64,000 bases of DNA, taken from positions 10,167-74,166 of the forward strand of contig JADMJD010000079.1 in NCBI GenBank assembly GCA_018780805.1, written 5' to 3'. Below, piece after piece: positions 32,501 to 41,500 of the stretch. The position numbers and the translations under genes are program-made. The stretch comes from Rubrivivax sp. (GTDB taxonomy: Bacteria; Pseudomonadota; Gammaproteobacteria; Burkholderiales; Burkholderiaceae_C). The notes beneath the pieces were generated by a model. It saw nothing but the letters and a program-made list of their open reading frames with translations. It ran no database searches and was not told the origin of the DNA. How positions within the stretch are numbered: position 1 is the stretch's first letter; each line of letters opens with the position of its first letter.

Positions 32501-35500
32501 CTCAGCGTCACCGGGTCGCCACCGGTCTTGATGGCGTAGCCCGTGACCTCGTTGCCGTTGGCGTCCAGCGTCTTGACGGTGGTGTAGTCGGCGGTGGAGC
32601 GCATCAGCCCGCCGAAGAGCTTGCCGCCGCTGTTCACCTCCACGGTCACATCGGTGGCGCGGATGGTGAGCAGGTCACCAAAACCGTAGGTGCCGACCTC
32701 GGCCGCCTCCAGCGTCAGCGAGTAGAAGTTCTGCGTCTGGATGCCGGTGAGCTGGGCCTTGAACACCCCGAGGCCGAGCGACACGTCCTGCAGGCCGAAG
32801 CCGACCAGATCGTCCTGCTCGGAGAAGGGCCGGTCCCAATCGGGGCCACCGACGCCGATGAAGACGTTGACGTCGCTGGCGCCGAAACTCAGGCCGTTGA
32901 AAGTGACGCCGCCCAGGCGCGAGTAGTCGTCCGAGAGCTGGCCGACGCTCTTGAGCAGGTCGATGATCTGCTGCGCTTCGTCGCCCAGCAGGGTTTCGAT
33001 CAGCGACAGCTCCTTGGGCAGCCCGGTGTACATCGAGCCGGTGAAGGTGTCGCCCAGGTTGAGCTGGAAATCGCCGTTCAGGTAGAAAAAGTCGCCGATG
33101 TTCAGCGAGAGGTCGGGCAGGCTGATCGAGCCGAACAGCGTCAGCCCGATGTCGGGGTTGAAGCCGATGGAGAGCTGGATGTCCTTGACGAAATCGAGTG
33201 CACCGTCCAGGAAGTCGAAGCCAGGCAGTGTGTCGGGCAGGAATCCGGTGAGTTTGCTCAGGCTGATGCTGGGGATCAGCGAGCCGGTATCGGGCAGCTC
33301 AAACTCAAAGTCGAAACTCTCGCTGATGGTGAACAGGTCGAACAGGCCCAGCGTGGCCGTCATGCCGATGCGCAGCGAGTTCGAATCGAAGTCGATGCGC
33401 AAAGCTTCGGCATCGCTGCCGATGGGGATGGCCAGGCCGCCGCCGTCCATGGTGCTGAAGTCGACATAAGCCGCGGGCAGCGGGATCTTGCCGACGAAGG
33501 CACCGTTGAATTCCAGCACCACGTCGGTGGCCTGGGCGGTGAGGAAGGGGTCGGTGCCCACCAGGCCGGCCAGGCCGGCGCTGGCCGAGAGTGCAAAGAA
33601 GTTGCCCGGGATCGTCACGCCGCCGGGCAGCAGCGGCGACATCATCGCAAACGCGAAGTCCAGGTCGTCGATGGCAAAGCCGATGGCGTCGTCGTTGGGC
33701 GCGTCGTTGTCGTCGATGACACCGTCGTTGTTGCTGTCGGTGCGGTAGGGGCCGTTGATGCCGGCGAAGGCGTAGACGTCCTGGCCGGCAATGACCAGCG
33801 CGTCGGCGTTGGTCTGCAGCTCGATGCCGGGGCCGTGGAAGGTGACGTCTTCGACCACGCGCTTCTGGAACGCCAGCCCACCTTGCACCGACAGGATGCC
33901 GGCGATGTTGGCCGTGGCCTGGCCCACGGTGGCGCTGATGAGGCTGTTCGTGAAGTCCAGCAGCAGCGGTTCGCCGCCGGTGGCGATTTCGTAGCCTTCG
34001 GTGGTGCCACCCTGGGTGAAATCGGCGATGTAGAGCGGGTTGCTGCTGAGGTTGATGTCAACCGCCAGGTCCTGCAGCGACAGCTCGACAAAATCCTCGA
34101 AGCCCACGAAGGCGATCTGCCCGGCGGCGGCCTTCAGCGCGGTGAAGCGGGTGCCTGCCGGCACCAGCGCGTTGTCCGGGCTCAGCGGGTCGAAGACGGT
34201 GGTGAACAGGCCCAGCCCGAAGTCCAGGTCTTCGATCACCAGGCCGATGGCGTCGTCGCTGCCGCCGTTGATGCCGACAAAGGCGTTGACGTCGGTGGCC
34301 CCGATCTCGATGCTGCGGGCCTTCACGTCGGTGAAACCCACACCCAGCGGGCCGGTGACGCCGATGCCGCTGGCTTCGCCCTTCAGGAAACCGAAGTTGC
34401 CCTGGATCTCGACGAAATCAGCGATGCGCAGCGTGGCGCCGGTGAGTTGCGCGCCCACCACCGGGCCCGACATGTCCAGCACCACGGGGTCGGCACCGGT
34501 GGGCACAGCGTAACCACCGCTGGCCGCGAAGTCGATGGCGTAGGGGCTGCCCGTGACGGTGTTCAGCGTGACCTGCACCCCTTGCACCGAGAGCTCGAAG
34601 TCATCCGGGTCGATGCCATAGATCGCGGCGTTGGCCGAGCTGGCCTGCAGCGCGGTGTACGACACACCACCGGCCTTGGCCATCAGCAGGCCGAAGCTGA
34701 TGTCCTCGATGCCGATGCCAAACAGGCTGTCGGCCTGCTCGGAGAACGTCTTGCTGCGGTCGATGCCGTTTTCGGCGTACCCGACGAAGACATCGACGTT
34801 GCTGGCGCCGACGCTGAAGCCGCGCGTGTTCAGCAGCGGCAGGCCGAGCTGGTTCTTCAGCCCGGTGATCGTGCTCTTCTGGAAGCCGAAGGCGCCCTGC
34901 ACAAACACGAAGTTCGAGATGGACAGCGTGGCCAGGCCGGCAAACAGGCCCAGGCGCTCGCCCTTGAAATCGAGCACGACATCGTCGCCGCCGGTGGGGA
35001 TGGCCAGCTCACCCCCACCGGTGGCGGTGAAGTCCAGCGCCTGCACCAGGCCACCCGGGCCGGCGATGCCGCTGTTGTATTCGATGCGCAGGTCCAGCGC
35101 CGAGAGCTGGAAGTCGCTGGGGTCGAAGCCGTAGATGGCCACCGTGTCGGCGCTGGCCTTGAGCGACTGGAAGGTCCGGCCGCCGCCGTCGCGCACGCTC
35201 AGGAAGCCGAAGGTCAGGCCTTCGATGCCGAAGCCGAAGAGGTTGTCGGCCTGGTCGGCAAATGGCTGATCGGGGGCTATGCCGCCGTCGGCATAACCGA
35301 CAAAGGCGTCGATGTCGCTGCCGCCGATCGAGAAGCCCCGCGCCTGGCTGACGATCTGGCCCGGGCCGGTGCGCAGCGTGTTGGCGTAGTCGGCCTTCTG
35401 GAAGCCGATGCCGCCGCGGAAGTACAGGAACTCGCTGATCGTCAGCGTGGCTTCTTCGGCGAACACGCCGATGCGGTCGCCGGCCTCGAAATCCAGCACC

Positions 35501-38500
35501 ACCTGGCCTTCGAAGCCCAACGCCAGGCCGTCTTCGCCGTAGCTGGCCAGGAAGTCGATGGACTTGCCGGTGGGGTCGGCGCGGTTGATCTCCAACGTGA
35601 AGCCGGTGGCGCTGAGCTGGAAGTCGTCCGGGTCGAAGCCGTAGAGCGCCACGGTCTCCAGACGCGCCTTCAGCGTGGTGTACGACTGGCCGCCCGCCTT
35701 GGTGAGCAGCAGGCCGAAATCGGCGCCTTCCACACCAAAGCCGTACAGGTTGCCGGCCTGCTCGGCAAACGTGCGGCTGGTGTCCACGCCACCATCGGCC
35801 CAGCCGACGAAGATGTCGATGTCGCGCCCGGTGATGGCCAGCATCGAGGTGGGCGTGACCTGGGTGGCCACACCGGTGGGGGTGCGCAGCGTGATCGGTG
35901 CGGTGGGCGTGTACTTCTCGAAGCCGATGCGGCCCGAGAGGTAGGCAAACTCAGCGAGCTGCAGCGTGATCTGGCCTTCGGCGCGGATCACCTGGCCCAC
36001 GCCGCCGTCGATGGCCAGCAGCAGGCTGCTGTCGGGGCCGGTGGCGACCTCGAAGTTCTGTGCGGCAAAGTCGATCACGCCATCGGCCGGGCGGGCCGAC
36101 TGGTTGAGCTCGACCCGCAGGTCCTGCACCGTGGGCAGCAGGTCGGAGATGCCGACAAAACCCACGCTGTCGGCGTTGGCCTGCACCGTCGTCCACTTGG
36201 CGGCCGGTGTGGCCTGCGAGGTGAACAGCGCCACGCCCACGTCGATGCCGGTGAGCTGCAGGCCGATGGCGTCGTCGGTGCCGCCGTTCACGCCGGCAAA
36301 GGCGTTGACGTTGCTGGCGCCAATGGTCAACACATCCACGGCCACCGTGTTGCCGTTGGCCAGCACCACGCTGCCGCTCTTCTTCTCGACGGCAAAACCG
36401 CCGTCGACCTGGAAGAAACCGAAGGCGTCGATCTCAATCTCGCCGACCGCGCGGATCAGCTCACCTTCGGCACCGTCCATGCCAAAAGCCACGACGTCTT
36501 CGGCATCCGGCCCGGTGCTGACATTGAGCACCGTCGCGCCATCGACGAAGTCCAGCACCGCCTGGCCAGGCAGGCCGGCCTGGTTGACCTGCACGTCGAG
36601 GTTGTTGGCGTTGAGCACAAAACCGTCGATGCCCACCAGGCCCACGCTGCCGGCCGTGGCCTGCAGCACCGTCCACTTGCGTGGCGTGGCCACGCCAGCA
36701 CCGGCCTGCTCGCTGACCAGGGCGACGGCGAATCCGACATCGTCCATCTGCAGGCCGAGCGCATCGTCGGTACCGCCGTTCAGGCCGGCAAACGCGTTGA
36801 CGCTGCTGGCGCCGATGGTCAGCAGATCGGCCTGCAGCGTCTCGCCCTCGGCCGTGACCACGGCCTGGCTGCGTTGTTCGATCGCAAAGTCGCCGCTCAG
36901 CTGCACAAAGCCGAACACATCGAGCTGCAGGTTGCCGGCGGCCTTCAGCGACGGGCCATCGGCACCCGCCATGTCGAGCTGGAACTCGCTGTCGGGGCCG
37001 GTGCGCACCGCCAGGTCGGTGGCGCCGTCGGCAAAATCGACGACCTGGTCGCCCAGCACCGCGGCGCGGTTGATGGCCACGGTCAGGTTGTTGCCACTGA
37101 GCGTGAGGCCGTCGATGCCCACCAGGCTGACGCTGCTGGCTTCGGCCTGCACCGCCGTCCACTTGCGGGCCGGGTTCCCGCTGTCGGTCATCAGCGCGAC
37201 GGCAAAACCGGCGTTTTCAACCTTCACGCCGAGCTCGTCGTCGGTGCCGCCGTTGATGCCGACAAAAGCCTGAATGCCGCTGCCCCCCACGGTGAGCAGC
37301 TGGGCTTGCACCTGCTCACCATCGGCCAGCACCAGGGCGGCGCTGCTCTGCTGGAAGGCGAAGTCCCCTTCCAGCATCACGAAGCCGAACACGTCCAGCG
37401 TCACGGTACCGGCCGCGCGGGTCACCTGGCCCAGCGAGCCCTCGAGCGTGAGGTCCAGCGTGCCGTCTGGCCCGGTCAGCACCGCCAGCGGCGCGGCCTC
37501 GAAATCCACCACCAGGTCGGCCGCACCGCCGACACCGGCCACGCCGCGGTTGATCTGCACGACCAGGTCGGTGGCGCCGACCTCAAAACCATCAATGCCC
37601 ACCAGGCTGACGCTGCCGGCTTCGGCCTGCAGGCCCATGAACTGGCGCGGTGTGGGTGTGCCCACCGGGTCGCTCATCAAGGCGATGGCGAAGTTCACGT
37701 CTTCCAGCTTCAGGCCGAGCTCGTCGGCCGTGCCGCCGTTCAGGCCGGCGAAGGCGTTGACGTTGCCGCCGCCGATGGTGAGCAGGTCCACCGCCGCCGT
37801 GCTGCCGTCGCTGAGGGTGAGGTCGCTGCTCTTTTTCTCGACCGCAAAACCGCCGTCCAGCTGCAGGAAGCCGAAGGCATCGAGTGTGAGTTCACCGCTG
37901 GCGCGCAGCAGTTCACCGTCGGCACCGTCCATGTCCAGCACGATGCTGGACGACGGGCCGGTCAGCACCTCCAGCGCGGTGGCGGCGTGGTCGATGACCA
38001 CATCACCAGCCCGGCCGGCCTGGTTGATCTCCAGGCTGACGGTGTCGGCCTGGAGCGCGAAACCGTCGATGCCCACCAGACCGGCGCTGCCGACGTTGGC
38101 CTGCAGGCTGGTCCAGCTGCGTGTGGGTTCGGCGCGTGAGCTGGCCAGTGCGAGTGCGAAGCTGGTGTCCGCCAACGCCAGGCCCAGCGCATCGTCGGTG
38201 CCGCCGTTCAGGCCGGCGAAGGCGCTGACGTTGTTGGCGCCGATGGTGAGCAGGCCAACGTCCACGTCGTTGCCATCGGCCAGCGTGACGGTGGTGTCGC
38301 GCTTTTCGATGCCGAAGTCGCCATCGAGCATCACGAAGCCGAAGAGGTCGATGGTCAGCGTGCCGGTGGCGCGCAGCAGTTCACCGTCGTCACCGTCCAT
38401 GGCCAGCGTCAGGTCGCTGCTGGTGCCCGTGGGCAACGTCAGCGGTGACGCCGTGTAGTCCACCACGGCATCGCCCAAGGTGCCGGCCTGGTTGATCTCC

Positions 38501-41500
38501 AGCGCCAGGTCTTCCACCGTCACGGTCAGCCCATCGACGCCGACAAAACTGGCGCTGCCGACGCTGGCCTGCAGGCTGGTCCAGCTGCGCGTGGGCGTGG
38601 TGGAGGACGACATCAGCGCCAGGCCGAACTCCACCCCGCTGAGCGCCAGGCCCACACGGTCGTCGCTGCCGCCGTTCAGGCCGGCAAACGCGCTGACGTT
38701 GCTGGCGCCGACGGCCAGCAGGTCCACCGCCACTTGCTCACCACCGGCCAGCGTGACGTCGGCGGAGCGCTTCTCGAAGCCGAAGTCGCCGTTGATCTGG
38801 ACGAAGCCGAAGATGTCCAGATCCAGCGTGCCGGTGGCGCGCAGCAGGTCGCCGTCGGCGCCGTCCATCGCCAGGTCCAGGCTGCTGCTGGCGCCGGTGG
38901 CCACGCTGAAGGCCGTGGCGGTGTAGTCCACGACAGCATCACCCAGCACACCGGCCTGGTTGAGCTCGACGCGCAGGTCCTGCACCCCCACGGTGAGGCC
39001 ATCGACGCCGACGAAGCTGGCATCGCCCACATCGGCCTGCAGGCTGGTCCAGCCGCGGGCCGGGTCAGCCCGGGCACTGAGCAGGGCCAGGCCAAATTCA
39101 ACCCCTGTGAGCGACAGACCCAGGCGCTCGGCGCTGTGGCCGTTGACACCGGCAAAGGCGTCCACGCCGCTGGCGCCGACGGTGAGGCTGTCCACCGCCA
39201 CCACCTCGCCACCCGCCAGCGTGACGCTGCGGGTGTCGCGCACCAGCGCGAAGTCGCCCTCGACCTGGAAGAAGCCGAAGAGGTCAATCTCCAGCTCGGC
39301 CGCCACCTCCAGCAGCGGCCCCCGGCTGCCATCCATGTCCAGCGCCAGCGAGGTGCCAGTGCCGGTGGGCACGGCCAGCGTGGTGGCGCCGGCGGCGTAG
39401 TCGATGACGCTGCCGTCGGCGGCCGCCTGGTTGATGTTGAGCAGCAGGTCGCGCGCGGCCAGGGTCAGGCCTTCGACACCGGCAAAGGCCGCCGTGCCGC
39501 CTTGCGATTGCACGCTGGTCCAGCTGCGTGCCGGGGTGCCAACACCCGCGTTGGCCGGCAGGCGCTCCGACACCATCGCCAGGCCGAAGCCGATGTTGCC
39601 GAGCGTGAGGCCGATCGCGTCGGGTTCGCCGCCGTTGATGCCGGCAAAGGCACTGGCGTTGGCCGCGCCGACCAGCAGCAGCGACACCTCCACCGGCGCG
39701 GCCGATTCGTCCACACCGGCGGTGTCGGGGTTGTCGGCCAGCGTGACCTGGCCGTCGCGTTTTTCGAAGCCGAAGCTGCCGCCGACCTGGAAGAAGCCGA
39801 AGGCGTCGATCTCGACCTCGGCCGAGACCCGCAACAACTCGCCATCGCCGCCAGCCATGCCCAGCGTGAGGCTGTCCTGCGCGCCCGGGCCGGTGACCAC
39901 GGTCAGCACCGTGGCATCGGCGCCATAGGCCACCACCGGGCCCGTGGCCGCGCCGTCGATCTGGTTCAGCTCGACGTGCACATCGGTCACGCCGACGGTC
40001 AGGCCGTCGACGCCGACAAAACTGGCACTGCCCACATCGGCCTCCAGCGAGGTCCAGCTGCGCAGCGCGCCGCCCTGCTCACCGAACAAGGCCAGCGCAA
40101 ACCGCACGCCGTTGAGCTCCAGGCCGACCTTGGCTTCTTCGCTCTGGCCGTTGATGCCGGCAAAGGCCGACAGGCCCTGGCCACCCAGCAACAGCCGGTC
40201 CACCGCCACGCTGCTGCCGTCCGACAGCTCGACGCTGCCGCTGGACTTTTCCAGCGCCAGGCTGCCGGTGACGCGGAAGAAACCAAAGGCATCGACCGTG
40301 ATCGTGCCGCTGGCCTGCAGCAGCTCGCCCAGCGCGCCGTCCAGGCCCAGGCTGATCGGGTCGGCGCCGGTGAGCACCTGCAGCTCGGTGGCGCCCGCGC
40401 TGTAATCGGCCACGCTGTCGTTCAGCGTGCTGGCCTGGTTGAGCGCCAAGGCCAGTTCATCGGCCCGCAGCGTGAAACCTTCGATGCCGCTGAAGCTGAC
40501 GCTGCCGGCCGTGGCCTGCAGGCTGGTCCAGCCACGGGCCGGGTTGTTGGGGTCGGTCCACAGCGCCAGCGCAAAGTTCAGCTCGTCGAGCGTGAAGCCC
40601 AGGGCCTCGGGGGTTTCGCCGTTCAGGCCGGCAAACCCGCTCATGCCGCTGGCGCCAATGGTCAGCAGGTCGGCATCGGCCACCACCTCAGCGTTGGCGA
40701 GCGTGAGGTCGGCGGTGGTGCGCTCGAAGCCGAAGGAGCCGTCGATCTGCACAAAGCCGAAGAGATCGATCTCCAGCGTGCCCGACACCCGGGTGAGTGC
40801 GGTCTTCAGGTCCAGGTCGAAGCCGTTGGCATCGCCGGTGGGGATCACGAGGCCGGTGGCGTCGAAATCGATGACCGCATCGCCCAGCCGGCCGGCGCGG
40901 TTGAGCGCGACCGACAGGCCGCTGCCCTGCACGGTGACGTCGGCCACGCCGGTGAGCGACACGCTGCCGGCACTGGCCTGCAGGCCTGTCCAGCTGCGTG
41001 TGGTGTCGGCGCGGGCACTGGCCAGCACGAGCGCAAACTCCACGCCGCCCAGCACCAGGCCCGGGCCATCGGGGATGCCGGCGGTGAGGCCCACGCCGCT
41101 GGCGCCCAGCGTCAACCAGTCGGCGGCGACCACCTCGCCACCGGCCAGCGTGACGTTGCCACCGTCGCGGCGGATCGCAAAATTGCCCTGCGCGCTGACG
41201 AAGTCGCCGACCACCAGGTTGGCGCCCGTCAGCTCCAGCTGCTGCAGGCCAACGCCAAAGTCGGCCGCAAACGTGAAGGTCTGGTCCACGACTTCCATCG
41301 CGCGGTTGCTGGCGTCCACGCCACTGGCGTTCCAGCGCAGCTGGGCGGTGGCGGTGGCGCTGAAGGCATCGCCCGCCACGACGCTGGCCGTGCCCTGGGC
41401 TTCGATGAGCGAGATGGCGCCCGTGGTGGCGTCCATCTGCAGTGCGACGCCGGCATTGGACACGCCGGCCAGCACCTCACCCGCGGCCAGCCAGACGCTG

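Noticed and set aside
22039-38139. 5,366-aa plus-strand ORF, and similar long plus ORFs at 10042-13806, 13915-18384, 38734-43383 and 2475-5105
   Set aside because: These are in-register antisense shadows of the giant genes. They stay open because the sense strand almost never uses TTA/CTA/TCA; the 2475-5105 shadow ends exactly at a CTA in the low-GC3 patch. The translations are low-complexity with no recognisable motifs.
35900-41230. CRISPR array or mobile-element repeats
   Set aside because: The repeats are in-frame protein-coding units of ~470 nt with synonymous divergence. There are no identical short direct repeats with unique spacers, and no cas or transposase genes.
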